Below are positions 19,657 to 29,102 of a stretch of DNA of 64,000 bases, piece by piece (position 1 is the stretch's first letter; every line of letters starts with the position of its first letter). The stretch is taken from positions 124,001-188,000 of IMG/VR virus record IMGVR_UViG_3300027816_000051; one strand, written 5' to 3'. Below the pieces are notes generated by a model. That model worked only from the letters and a program-made list of their open reading frames with translations. It was not told the origin of the DNA and searched no databases. The position numbers and the translations under genes were made by a program.

Positions 19657-20762
19657 AAAATTGGATTAATAAAAATTATAAAACATTAATAGTATCTGCG
19701 TTTTTAATACCAATTATAACTGTTGCGTTGGTTTCAATATCACACGTAACTAAATGGTACGGAATTTCAAACCCAATTAGTTGGGCTATCTATTTATCAA
19801 TAGGTATCGAAATTGCCGCATTATCTGCGTTGGCTGCAATATCAGCTGATATGGGTAGAAAAGTATATTTCCCATTTGGTATTGTAACCCTCATTCAATT
19901 TATTGGTAATATTTATTTCGCCTATTCATATATTGATATTACGAGTCAAGCATTTATTTCTTGGGTTGAGTTAGTTTCACCACTTTTAGAATATATTGGT
20001 GTTGACCCTACAGACATGATTGGTCACAAAAGATTTTTAGCGTTTTTCGCTGGAGGTATGTTACCAATCATTTCACTTTCTTTTCTACATATGTTAGTTA
20101 AGTTTACTCAGAGTGAGAAAAATACTGTAGAGGTTGAACAACCAGTGGTAAAAGACGCTCCTGAACCCGTTGGTGAAGAAACACCGGTGGTAGATGCTAA
20201 AGACATTGTTGGTGAAGTCTCTCGAGTTAGAATCTCTCAAGAAGATTTAGATATTTTAGAAAAATTACTTAACAAAACCCCCCAACCAAAAGATGTTGAA
20301 ACTCCTGAGGAAGAAGAGGATAATGACTCATCAGATGTTTTTTTAATTGAGGACCATTTAATTAAAGAAGAACCGGTGGTTGTTAAAGAAACAACTATTA
20401 CTCCTGAACCAATTGTTGAAGAACAACCTGTAATAGTTGAAGAACCAATTGTCACACCTGAACCAACTATTGCACCTGAACCAATTGTTGAAGAACAACC
20501 GATAGTAATTGAAGAAACAACTATTACTCCTGAACCAATTGTTGAAGAACAACCTGTAATAGTTGAAGAACAACCGATAGTAATTGAAGAACCAATTGTT
20601 GAAGAACAACCTGTAATAGTTGAAGAACAACCGATAGTAATTGAAGAACCAATTGTTACACCTGAACCGATTGTTGAGGAAATAATTGAAACACCTGAAC
20701 CGATTGTTGAGGAACCAATACAAGATGAACAACTTCCCATTGAGGAAGAAAAAAAAAATTAG
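19653..20762 (+). CDS. Multi-TM membrane protein with acidic PIVEEQ repeat tail
   Basis: About 4 TM helices in the first ~150 aa; EEQP(V/I)(I/V) repeats; ends EEEKKN at an A10 run. Confidence 0.75.
   Translation: MKNWINKNYKTLIVSAFLIPIITVALVSISHVTKWYGISNPISWAIYLSIGIEIAALSALAAISADMGRKVYFPFGIVTLIQFIGNIYFAYSYIDITSQAFISWVELVSPLLEYIGVDPTDMIGHKRFLAFFAGGMLPIISLSFLHMLVKFTQSEKNTVEVEQPVVKDAPEPVGEETPVVDAKDIVGEVSRVRISQEDLDILEKLLNKTPQPKDVETPEEEEDNDSSDVFLIEDHLIKEEPVVVKETTITPEPIVEEQPVIVEEPIVTPEPTIAPEPIVEEQPIVIEETTITPEPIVEEQPVIVEEQPIVIEEPIVEEQPVIVEEQPIVIEEPIVTPEPIVEEIIETPEPIVEEPIQDEQLPIEEEKKN
20532..20657 (+). repeat. Exact 57-bp in-frame tandem duplication plus partial third copy
   Basis: 20532-20588 is identical to 20589-20645. 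Confidence 0.85.
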
Positions 20763-20911
20763 AAGAGTCCCCACAACAGGAGGAATCGTTGGAAAACTTT
20801 GGTTTGGACAATGGGGAAATAAATAATACAGAAGACAACGACATTTCTTCTGTTATCAGTAAAAGGTTAACTAGAAATGTTGGAAATACACAACGTAGAA
20901 GGTTTAGATGA
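20759..20911 (+). other. -1 frame continuation (50 aa) of 19653..20762
   Basis: Open -1 frame after GAA AAA AAA AAT TAG reads LEESPQQEESLENFGLDNGEINNTEDNDISSVISKRLTRNVGNTQRRRFR*. Confidence 0.55.
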
Positions 20912-21482
20912 TAAAACTTTAAATGTTGTTCGTCGCAGAACGAAAAAAACCCAAATATTACTGTACGACACTAATAGACGTGCGGACGATTTCATTAATA
21001 AATTAAAGTACAGGAAGTGTGGTAAATACGACGAAATACCACACTTTATTGTCACTAAATTAGGTACAATCTACCAACTTTTCGATACCAACTATTATTC
21101 AAATACATTTGACGAACCTTATATTGACAAACAATTTATTAAAATTGCGGTTGAAAATTTAGGATGGTTAAGTAAAAATACCGTAACAGGTTTCATGCAT
21201 AATTGGATTGGAGACCCTTACAGATGTGAACCTTTCGTTAGAAATTGGAGAAACCATTATTTTTGGGATAGGTATAATGATGACCAAGTATTATCAATTT
21301 CATCATTGTGTGAACATATATGTGAATCCCACGGTATACCAAAAAATATAGTACCTTCTCAGGGATATCTTGAAAGCGCTATTAAATTTAATGGTGTAGT
21401 GTGTAAATCTAATTTCTCAAATATTTATACAGATATAAACCCATCATTTAATTTTAGACTAATTTTTAAAAATGAACAATAG
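20877..21482 (+). CDS. Amidase_2 (T7 lysozyme-like) fold protein, apparently lacking Zn ligands
   Basis: PHFIVTKLGTIYQL, IAVENLGW and TDINPSF pattern; the usual HHT and GH His positions read YDT and PSQ. Confidence 0.6.
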   Translation: MLEIHNVEGLDDKTLNVVRRRTKKTQILLYDTNRRADDFINKLKYRKCGKYDEIPHFIVTKLGTIYQLFDTNYYSNTFDEPYIDKQFIKIAVENLGWLSKNTVTGFMHNWIGDPYRCEPFVRNWRNHYFWDRYNDDQVLSISSLCEHICESHGIPKNIVPSQGYLESAIKFNGVVCKSNFSNIYTDINPSFNFRLIFKNEQ

Positions 21483-22017
21483 AAAAACATCGGGGTACGA
21501 CGAGATAAAAGGTATGTTAAAGACGTTAAGGTCTCTTAATGAAACCGTGTACACCAACAAGAATTTGATTAAGGAAGAGGATGAAACTCAACAACCTAAT
21601 ACCAATACACAAAATACCGATAACGAGTTAAACAAAAAACAGTACGATAACGTGGAGGTTGTTAATGATGTGGATGTTAAATTATTGTCTTCTGACCAAG
21701 AGGATATAAAACTTAAACCTGAAGAAAAAACCGCCTTATCACAAATAATTGATTCATTTAGACAACAAGTTTCACAAATTGCAAGTTTAGAACCTGGAAT
21801 TACCATAACCGAGACTGAAATCAGACTTGATGGTGAAATTACAGACTTAGAAATTAATTTTGTTATGATTTCGGGTGAAGGTAGTGGGTTATACATAAAT
21901 GGCGACATGTTATTATTAGACGACGAAACAATGGACATGTTAGAAAAATTGAGAAAATTTGAACCAACTTTCACATCGGCTATGGAGCCATTAATTAGAG
22001 ATAGAATGAACGCATAA
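21472..22017 (+). CDS. Hypothetical late protein
   Basis: ORF track; YDEIKGMLKTLRSLNE N-terminal helix; TATTTAT at 21422-21428. Confidence 0.6.
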   Translation: MNNRKTSGYDEIKGMLKTLRSLNETVYTNKNLIKEEDETQQPNTNTQNTDNELNKKQYDNVEVVNDVDVKLLSSDQEDIKLKPEEKTALSQIIDSFRQQVSQIASLEPGITITETEIRLDGEITDLEINFVMISGEGSGLYINGDMLLLDDETMDMLEKLRKFEPTFTSAMEPLIRDRMNA

Positions 22018-22256
22018 TGGCACTTACAAACACCGATGTTAAAGAAATTGAAAAGATTGCAAGAAAAGAAATGAAAGATTTTCTTGAGACCACTCAAGCA
22101 CATACCATTGTAATGAAAATAATACAAAAAGAGATAGGTGCTAGGTCAGTTGATGAAAGAATCGTTGACCTATCATCTAAAGTTGTTGTGGAACTTTTCA
22201 AAACACTATGGCAACGTAAGTCTTTTTGGGAACAACCCTTAAAAAGTGTTAGATAA
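22017..22256 (+). CDS. Hypothetical protein
   Basis: Coupled TAATG junctions on both sides. Confidence 0.6.
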   Translation: MALTNTDVKEIEKIARKEMKDFLETTQAHTIVMKIIQKEIGARSVDERIVDLSSKVVVELFKTLWQRKSFWEQPLKSVR

Positions 22257-22759
22257 TGTCATATAATTTCGAGAAAATATTGAGAGGGAAAAAATCTTCC
22301 CCAAAAGATACAAATGAAACTTCTGCAGATTCCTCAGGTTCATTTGAGGGAGCTCTGAGCGGTCCATTAGTTAAAAGGAAAATAAAAAAGATTCATAATT
22401 TTGAAGAAGAATTAAGTGAAGTTACAGACTCTTCTTCTTCAGGACAATATGACACTTCTTATAGTGCTGGTAGGTCGAACCCATTAAAAATCAATGGTCC
22501 CAATAGTATCATGAACAGTCGAGCGGTAAAAGATAAAAATTTCCCAAAATGGGGAGGTCCTGGTGGTGTTTATGTAAAGGTAAAAGAAAGATGTAAAAAA
22601 TATCCTTACTGTAATCAGGGTGATATCAAAAGTTTAGATTTTTTTGAAGACCAAGAATTGAAAGAATCCGTTTATAATGTATCAAAAAAATTAGGATTAC
22701 CGTATTCTCAGGTCGAGAAAATTGTAATAAATGAAATAAATAAGATATTTATTAAGTAA
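22256..22759 (+). CDS. Hypothetical protein with CKKYPYC motif
   Basis: ORF track; coupled to its neighbours. Confidence 0.6.
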   Translation: MSYNFEKILRGKKSSPKDTNETSADSSGSFEGALSGPLVKRKIKKIHNFEEELSEVTDSSSSGQYDTSYSAGRSNPLKINGPNSIMNSRAVKDKNFPKWGGPGGVYVKVKERCKKYPYCNQGDIKSLDFFEDQELKESVYNVSKKLGLPYSQVEKIVINEINKIFIK

Positions 22760-24085
22760 ATGAAAAAGAATATATCAAATATCATTTCGGAGTCATTATT
22801 TGACGAAGTAAAAAGAACCATATTAAAAGAAAATAAAAAATCTCAAGATATGTTTCAAATTACTTGCGAGGGAGAACCCGTTGAAACATTTGAATCCGAA
22901 GAAATTGCAATGCAACATTTGGATATTTATAAAAAGAAACATCCTAAAAAGGAGTTCATAATCGAAAAAGTAAAATATAATTCACCAACTGAAATGATTG
23001 ATAAATTAGACCAGATGGGAGAAGAATTAGAAGAAAATAAAGAAACCACAAAAATGAAAAAAATTAAAGTATCGAGCATGGCAGAAGCCATTTTATCCGC
23101 TAAAGAAAAAGGTCTAAAAGAAATTAAATTTAACGGAAAAGTACATAATGTTGAAGAATCATGGAAACAACTTGAAGAAGAGGAAGGTGTTTGTGATGAG
23201 TGTGGACAAGGTTATATGGAAGAAGAAACAAATGTGGAGGAATCAAGCGCGTTTGTTTTGGCTGCTGATAAAGCGAGAGATGCTGGTAAAAAAGAATTCG
23301 AATTCCCTAAAGGAAGTGGTAAAATGCATAAAGTAACAATCACTAAAGATATTGATACAAATGAAGGTGAAATGGGTACGTGTAGTGAGTGTGGTTCACC
23401 CATGAATGAGGAAGGAATGTGTTCAGAGTGTGGTACTGGTATGTATGAATCTAAGAAATCGGTTCTTAGACTTACTGAAAGTGAAATGGTTTCTTTGATT
23501 AAAAAAATGGTAATTGATTCAAAAAAAAATCTAAGTGAGGCGGTACCCGGTATTGCGGTAACTAAGAAAGCTCAGAGTGGTTCTAAAAAAGAAAATGACG
23601 ACGCAATTAAAGATGTTCAGAAAAAACTGAAAAAAGCATCAACATTTGATGGTAATGATAATCCTGAGTTTCCAAAACAAGTTGGTAAAGGTGAAAAAAT
23701 GGCGGTAAACCCAACTGAGAAACAAGAAGAGTATATTGATGATAATATGAAGGGTGGTACCCTTTTAGATTTAAATTATGATTTTGAACCATCAGAATCA
23801 TTCAAAAAAAGATTAAAAATGGCATTAGAAGGTGACTCAAAAATGGGTAACTCACAAAATGCTGCTAACGTTATAAAAACAAAAACAGGAGAGAGATTAA
23901 GTAAATCGGCTGAAAGAAAAAAAGAAAAAGAGAAAGACGCACCTGAAGCATTCCATGGAGCAAGAGGAGTTCAACCTTTAAAAGTAAAGAGTGTGAATGA
24001 ATCTAAAACTACAATGACTTCAATTGTGAATGAGGAAATCTCGAGAATGAAAAAAATCATCGGATACAACGAAAGTACTCAGTAA
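22760..24085 (+). CDS. Charged, Zn-ribbon-containing putative head-internal or scaffold-like protein
   Basis: CDECG, CSECG x2; LTESEMVSLIKK and VNEEISRMKKII helices; TATTTAT at 22746-22752. Confidence 0.55.
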   Translation: MKKNISNIISESLFDEVKRTILKENKKSQDMFQITCEGEPVETFESEEIAMQHLDIYKKKHPKKEFIIEKVKYNSPTEMIDKLDQMGEELEENKETTKMKKIKVSSMAEAILSAKEKGLKEIKFNGKVHNVEESWKQLEEEEGVCDECGQGYMEEETNVEESSAFVLAADKARDAGKKEFEFPKGSGKMHKVTITKDIDTNEGEMGTCSECGSPMNEEGMCSECGTGMYESKKSVLRLTESEMVSLIKKMVIDSKKNLSEAVPGIAVTKKAQSGSKKENDDAIKDVQKKLKKASTFDGNDNPEFPKQVGKGEKMAVNPTEKQEEYIDDNMKGGTLLDLNYDFEPSESFKKRLKMALEGDSKMGNSQNAANVIKTKTGERLSKSAERKKEKEKDAPEAFHGARGVQPLKVKSVNESKTTMTSIVNEEISRMKKIIGYNESTQ

Positions 24086-24126
24086 TCTTCTTTTTTTTGT
24101 TTTCTTTTATCCTTATATTTTAACAG

Positions 24127-24591
24127 ATGAGGATTATGGAAAATAGAGAAGAGTATATTGAGTCAGATATTTCTGAAAAATACAAACATCAAATAGACAT
24201 TTGGTATAGAACCTACAACATTAATAGGGATAAAATAATATTATTTTATGATTTCCTATCTTCTTTATATGATTTAGTAGACGAAACCTTTTTAGGTTCT
24301 GATGTACTTTATGACGAAATAGACCAACGAAACCATTTTAATTGGTGTTGGAATAAAATAATCACCAATTTTGATAAAGAAAAAATATTCTTCAAGGAGA
24401 AAGGAACCCACTATGAATATATGTGGAATTTTTTCTATGAGGCGTACTATTTTGTTAAATTGGAAGAAAAAGAAAATAGAATATCTGAATACTTTTACAA
24501 GTTATTTGATTTTAGATATCAAAAGTCAAGGTCCGAGTTGGACATTCTCACAGAAATTTATAAATTATTCGAACAAAACTTGAAAAAGTAG
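24127..24591 (+). CDS. Hypothetical protein
   Basis: ORF track; aromatic-rich helical sequence. Confidence 0.6.
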   Translation: MRIMENREEYIESDISEKYKHQIDIWYRTYNINRDKIILFYDFLSSLYDLVDETFLGSDVLYDEIDQRNHFNWCWNKIITNFDKEKIFFKEKGTHYEYMWNFFYEAYYFVKLEEKENRISEYFYKLFDFRYQKSRSELDILTEIYKLFEQNLKK

Positions 24592-24608
24592 TTTATTTTC
24601 CGTATACT
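24580..24608 (+). promoter_or_regulatory. Early promoter TTGAAA-N17-TATACT
   Basis: Correct spacing, ending 18 nt before the Hc1-like gene. Confidence 0.5.
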
Positions 24609-24626
24609 ATATATAAAAACGGAAAA

Positions 24627-24809
24627 ATGGACACACTTAAACAAATCAAAGACTTGGTGGAAAAAATGTCTGTTGATACCACCAAGGTATTCGAAAAGGG
24701 TAATAGAAGTGCATCTATTCGAGCTAGAAAATATGCTCAAGAAATAAAAGAGTTAATTCCTCTTTATAGAAAAGAACTATTACAAGAAATAAAAAAACAT
24801 GATGATTAA
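24627..24809 (+). CDS. Histone H1-like (Hc1 family) nucleoid protein
   Basis: FEKGNRSASIRARK matches the Hc1-type GNKAAxxRARK core. Confidence 0.7.
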   Translation: MDTLKQIKDLVEKMSVDTTKVFEKGNRSASIRARKYAQEIKELIPLYRKELLQEIKKHDD

Positions 24810-24981
24810 TTATATCTTTATTTTTTTGATGGTATTGAGTACCATTTACGTACTAAGGTTCTGTGTTGAATTTTTGATAAAATTCTTCTCAGAACAACCC
24901 TCAATATTAAAGTTGACCAAAATAGAATCTGTTTTGTTTTATCTTGCGGTTTCTTACATAATAACATTTTTAATAATATAA
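24799..24981 (+). CDS. Small two-TM membrane protein
   Basis: Two hydrophobic helices. Confidence 0.55.
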   Translation: MMINYIFIFLMVLSTIYVLRFCVEFLIKFFSEQPSILKLTKIESVLFYLAVSYIITFLII

Positions 24982-24985
24982 TTTA

Positions 24986-25441
24986 GTGTTTGACAATATA
25001 AGACATTTAAGACCATATTTTTTCTCTTTGAGAGAAATAGACAATAACGTAAGTTTAGACATTAAACTTCCTGTTACTTGGAAAATCGAATCAATAATTT
25101 CTCAATACAAATCTATCAAATATAAGATACAAGATAAAAATGAGAAATTTACTTTGGTTTCATTAATCAGTAATGCAACCGCTGATGGTTATGATGTTGT
25201 TTTTTCTTGTGCAAAAGAAATAATAACCATGAATAAAGAAATGGAAGAGAAACAAAGACTCTTACAACAAAAGATTAAAGAGTTAGAAGTTTTGTTTCAA
25301 CACCAGACACTTGATAAGTTAAAAGAAATATCATTTATTGAGGATGCAAGACAAGAGAATACAACAGGGATTAAATTGGTTGAATCGGGAAGTGGAGAGG
25401 GACTCCAAGGAGATACAATCCCACAAGAATCAAATGATTGA
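24986..25441 (+). CDS. Hypothetical protein
   Basis: ORF track (GTG start). Confidence 0.6.
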   Translation: MFDNIRHLRPYFFSLREIDNNVSLDIKLPVTWKIESIISQYKSIKYKIQDKNEKFTLVSLISNATADGYDVVFSCAKEIITMNKEMEEKQRLLQQKIKELEVLFQHQTLDKLKEISFIEDARQENTTGIKLVESGSGEGLQGDTIPQESND

Positions 25442-25550
25442 GGAAATCAAAAAATTGGATAAAACCAAAATGTTTGAGACCCCTAAAAAAGAAAAACTTT
25501 CTTTTTTTAAAAGACTTTCTATAATTTTTGGATATGGAAAAAAAAGGTGA
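25338..25550 (+). CDS. Hypothetical protein
   Basis: ORF track; coiled-coil-like; overlaps its neighbours. Confidence 0.5.
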   Translation: MRMQDKRIQQGLNWLNREVERDSKEIQSHKNQMIEEIKKLDKTKMFETPKKEKLSFFKRLSIIFGYGKKR

Positions 25551-25767
25551 CTTGATAAATCAATTGGCAATAATATCAGATTTAATTGAAAAAATTAATT
25601 TGGATACTAAATCGTGCACATTGGTTATTGAGTTAGAAAACGAAAAGTTTCTACAAACTTTTGATTATATCTCAAAAAAACAAAATAGTCGAATGGTTAA
25701 ACCCGACAAAACTTTTACAATTAAAATTGGTCAGGTGGATATCATCTTTAATAAGAGTAGTGTCTAA
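25534..25767 (+). CDS. Hypothetical protein
   Basis: ATG at 25534 (MEKKGDL). Confidence 0.55.
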   Translation: MEKKGDLINQLAIISDLIEKINLDTKSCTLVIELENEKFLQTFDYISKKQNSRMVKPDKTFTIKIGQVDIIFNKSSV

Positions 25768-26386
25768 ATAATTCTGATTTTTTAAATCCTTTGGATTCAA
25801 GTAGTTGATATAACAATTTTCTTTGTGCGGTTGACACGTCTTTTATGAATATGAAATTACCTTTCTTCTTTTTTAGAACGTCCTCTCTTATCAATTCAAA
25901 CAACCTTTTAGCGTCACGGATGTTCTTATTTCCAAACAACAGTATATTATCATCGTTTTGAACAAATAGTTTATTATTCAATGTGAATATTTGACCTATT
26001 TCATTTATAGATGTTATTTGTTCTAACAATTCATGATATCTAATTCTTTCCTTCTTTTGAAAATCGTATATTAGTTCTTCTTTCCAATAAGGAATTATCT
26101 CTTTGATTCTGAATTTATCATCTTCGTACTTAGCCTCAATCAATCTCCCCAAACTATCCTTGACAAATGTTTTAGTCGCCCACCTATTGTTAGGAAAAAT
26201 TAACGCAAGTTCATAAACTACTTCGTTGTTTCTTTTTCTGTTTTGTGTTTTTACAAATCTTGGTTTTTTCTCTGTCTTATATTCATGCCAATACTCGTAC
26301 ACAGTTGTCCTTTTTTGACACCTGTATAGAATTTTAACTCTTTTCTTGTTACAAAAGAGAACTACAAAGTATTTTCCATTTTTCAT
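25748..26386 (-). CDS. Hypothetical basic protein
   Basis: 212-aa ORF, no recognised motif. Confidence 0.65.
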   Translation of the reverse strand: MKNGKYFVVLFCNKKRVKILYRCQKRTTVYEYWHEYKTEKKPRFVKTQNRKRNNEVVYELALIFPNNRWATKTFVKDSLGRLIEAKYEDDKFRIKEIIPYWKEELIYDFQKKERIRYHELLEQITSINEIGQIFTLNNKLFVQNDDNILLFGNKNIRDAKRLFELIREDVLKKKKGNFIFIKDVSTAQRKLLYQLLESKGFKKSELFRHYSY

Positions 26387-26547
26387 AGAAAGTTTTTAAC
26401 AAAGGAGTAGATTCCGTAAACCGCGAAAACACTCCAAATAATAAAAGCACCATACATCACCTTTTCTGTCTTTTGTGCTAATCTTTCCAATGACTCCTTT
26501 GTTGGAGGAGCCATTTCTTTCTTCTGTTTACAATTAGAACATCCCAT
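26383..26547 (-). CDS. Small MGCSNCK membrane protein
   Basis: Start moved to MGCSNCKQKK; C-terminal TM; reverse-strand TATTTAT at 26565-26571. Confidence 0.6.
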   Translation of the reverse strand: MGCSNCKQKKEMAPPTKESLERLAQKTEKVMYGAFIIWSVFAVYGIYSFVKNFL

Positions 26548-26564
26548 AATACAAAAAATAAGTA

Positions 26565-26580
26565 ATAAATAAGTATTTAT
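26565..26580. promoter_or_regulatory. Back-to-back TATTTAT motifs (ATAAATA-AG-TATTTAT) between divergent small genes
   Basis: 7-bp inverted repeat with a 2-nt spacer between starts at 26547(-) and 26585(+). Confidence 0.55.
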
Positions 26581-26584
26581 CAAT

Positions 26585-26752
26585 ATGAAATTGATTGAAT
26601 TGTTGGAAGACATGGTGGTTGAAAAATGGTCAATGAAATATAAAAAGACCATAGATTGTAGCAATCCAAAAGGTTTTTCTCAAAAAGCCCACTGCGCCGC
26701 GAGAAGAAAAAGACAGAAAGGTGGAAAGACCAAATCTCAGCCGGTAAAATAA
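26585..26752 (+). CDS. Small basic protein (KWSMKYKKTIDCSNPKGFSQKAHC), not in the ORF track
   Basis: 55-aa ORF read by hand; motif I recall from uncultured large phages. Confidence 0.7.
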   Translation: MKLIELLEDMVVEKWSMKYKKTIDCSNPKGFSQKAHCAARRKRQKGGKTKSQPVK

Positions 26753-26837
26753 AAGTGCGCACTGATTTCCATTTTTGAAAAAAGTTTCTTATATTTTTAT
26801 AGTTAGAGGACTAATAACGCAAAATATAAAATTATAA

Positions 26838-27728
26838 ATGATATCTTACATTGGAGGAAAAGCTAGAATAGGTAAGTGGATTGTTCCGTTCATACCTAAT
26901 GATATTGAAACCTACGTGGAGGGGTTTTCGGGTATGTTTTGGGTCTTTTTTAATATGGACCTAAAGAAATACCCCAATCTCAAAACAGTCGTTTACAATG
27001 ACTTTAATCGATTGAACGCAAACCTTTTTAAATGTGCTAAACATTACGATAGGTTATGGGATGAACTCGCGAAATACCCATGTCAACAATTAGGTGTGGA
27101 AAACACCCCACCTGAATATGAACAAATGTTCCGTACATACCAAAAAGAAGTATTCAACGAAGAATTAGTCATTGGGGATGAGCCCAATTTTGATGTTGCC
27201 GCAAAATACGTTTACGTATTAACTCAAGTTTTCTCAGGTTCCAAACCCGAAACTTCTAGTTATACTGATTACAAGGGTAAGTACAGATGTAAGGTGTTAA
27301 TCTTTATGGACAAACTCAAACATCCTGAATATAGAGCACATTTAGATAGAATCACGTTTGTCGAAAACATGGATTTCCAAAAAGTTGTTGAAAAGTATGA
27401 TTCGCCAAAAACATATTTTTACATGGACCCCCCTTATTGGAAAACAGAAAATTATTATTCAAATCATGATTTTGATAGTAATGACCATGAAAGGTTGGCA
27501 AACACATTAAAGGGTATACAAGGTAAATTTAGTTTATCTTATTATGAGTTTAAACAACTTCATGATTGGTTCCCCGAAAATGGTGTTGGTATTGGTAAAA
27601 ATGGACAACTTTTGATGTTTCAACCAACTGGTTACAAATGGGCTAAAGAAACTTTCAAAAAGGCGGCTGCCGCTAAAAAAGACGGAACACAAAACGAAGG
27701 TATTGAATTACTGATTATGAATTATTAA
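26838..27728 (+). CDS. Dam-like (D12 class) N6-adenine DNA methyltransferase
   Basis: YIGGK, YVEGFSG (motif I), YNDFN, YMDPPY (motif IV). Confidence 0.85.
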   Translation: MISYIGGKARIGKWIVPFIPNDIETYVEGFSGMFWVFFNMDLKKYPNLKTVVYNDFNRLNANLFKCAKHYDRLWDELAKYPCQQLGVENTPPEYEQMFRTYQKEVFNEELVIGDEPNFDVAAKYVYVLTQVFSGSKPETSSYTDYKGKYRCKVLIFMDKLKHPEYRAHLDRITFVENMDFQKVVEKYDSPKTYFYMDPPYWKTENYYSNHDFDSNDHERLANTLKGIQGKFSLSYYEFKQLHDWFPENGVGIGKNGQLLMFQPTGYKWAKETFKKAAAAKKDGTQNEGIELLIMNY

Positions 27729-27730
27729 AA

Positions 27731-28021
27731 ATGGATTTTTCTCCTGAAAGTTTGATATATTTGCAAACAATTAAAAATTACTTTGAAAGTAATGAGGAAG
27801 CGAGAAAATATTTTTTATCAAACTTGAACGAAGATGAGTTTTATAATAGTATTTTAAAAGTCGCTGAAAATAATTTTAGAAAAACAGGTGAACCTCAATT
27901 AACACAGGAACAACTTGAATTTCTAAGAGTATCTTTGATGATTTTTAAAAAAGTAGAAGATAGTGAATTTAATGGAATTTACTTTTATGAATCAACGGAT
28001 TTAAAATTTTATTACAAATAG
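27731..28021 (+). CDS. Hypothetical protein
   Basis: ORF track. Confidence 0.6.
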   Translation: MDFSPESLIYLQTIKNYFESNEEARKYFLSNLNEDEFYNSILKVAENNFRKTGEPQLTQEQLEFLRVSLMIFKKVEDSEFNGIYFYESTDLKFYYK

Positions 28022-28022
28022 A

Positions 28023-29090
28023 ATGAGAAAAACACCAGACCAATATTTTATTTATGAAACATCGTATGGTACCGACGTACCAACGAATCAATTGTATCTT
28101 CACACCTTTGATGAAATACCATCTGTTTATAAGACGGAGAAGGTGTATACATCAGATGTAATGGATTATTTCATATCAGATGGATATAGACCTATATGTG
28201 AATTAAATTCAACCTCTAAAAGAAGAGTACATAAACCAAATACAGAAATTTTTCTTCTTAATGATAATAATAAAACTGCAATATTATTAAAATCAAAATA
28301 TGAAAAAGAAGAATTATTATTTGAGTTAGAATTTTATTACACATTATCTCATGGTATATTTGATACAAATTTTGATTTGAAAAAAATATCAGGATTTGAG
28401 TTTGAATTAAAAAAGAGTGGTATTAGTTTAGTAAAATCTGAACATGGTCATATGGACACCGAGGAATATGAATTAAATGTACCTGATGTTGACATAAAAT
28501 TAAATTACGGTGATAAGTTTGTAAAACTACACGATACTATTGTCACTCGACTGAACAAGAAAAATGATAAAGGTATTGTGTTATTTCATGGAGACCCCGG
28601 CACGGGCAAAACTTCGTATATAAAGTACCTTACAAGATTGATTGTCGATAAAGAGATACTATTTATTCCACCATCTATGGCCGAATCTCTTTCAGAACCC
28701 TCAATTATTCCATTCTTGATGGAACATAAAAACTCTATTCTGATTATTGAAGATGCCGAGAAAGTAATTTCAGATAGAGAATTAAACGGTTCTTCTGTTG
28801 GTGTTTCTAATATATTAAACATAACAGATGGTATTCTTGGGGATTGTTTGAATATTCAAATCGTTGCTACCTTCAATATGAAAAAAGAAAAAATTGACCA
28901 AGCCCTACTGAGAAAGGGTAGATTAATTTGTGAACATAAATTTGAACCTCTAAGTGTTGAAGAATCTAACAAATTATTAAAACACTTAGGTAAGAAAAAA
29001 ACAGTTGATAAACCAACTACACTTGCGGATATTTATAATATCGATGAAGACGTGGTTCGAGTTGAAAATAAAAAACAAATAGGATTTTAA
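28023..29090 (+). CDS. AAA+ ATPase (BCS1-like)
   Basis: GDPGTGKT Walker A, IIEDAE Walker B, DQALLRKGR second region of homology. Confidence 0.88.
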   Translation: MRKTPDQYFIYETSYGTDVPTNQLYLHTFDEIPSVYKTEKVYTSDVMDYFISDGYRPICELNSTSKRRVHKPNTEIFLLNDNNKTAILLKSKYEKEELLFELEFYYTLSHGIFDTNFDLKKISGFEFELKKSGISLVKSEHGHMDTEEYELNVPDVDIKLNYGDKFVKLHDTIVTRLNKKNDKGIVLFHGDPGTGKTSYIKYLTRLIVDKEILFIPPSMAESLSEPSIIPFLMEHKNSILIIEDAEKVISDRELNGSSVGVSNILNITDGILGDCLNIQIVATFNMKKEKIDQALLRKGRLICEHKFEPLSVEESNKLLKHLGKKKTVDKPTTLADIYNIDEDVVRVENKKQIGF

Positions 29091-29102
29091 AATTAAAGAA
29101 AA

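Noticed and set aside
20760-20822. TAG read-through or alternative genetic code at the end of 19653..20762
   Set aside because: In-frame read-through gives only 19 unrelated residues, and genes elsewhere tile normally in code 11; the -1 frame fits better
20237-20844. Minus-strand ORFs over the PIVEEQ repeats
   Set aside because: Antisense shadows of a low-complexity coding repeat
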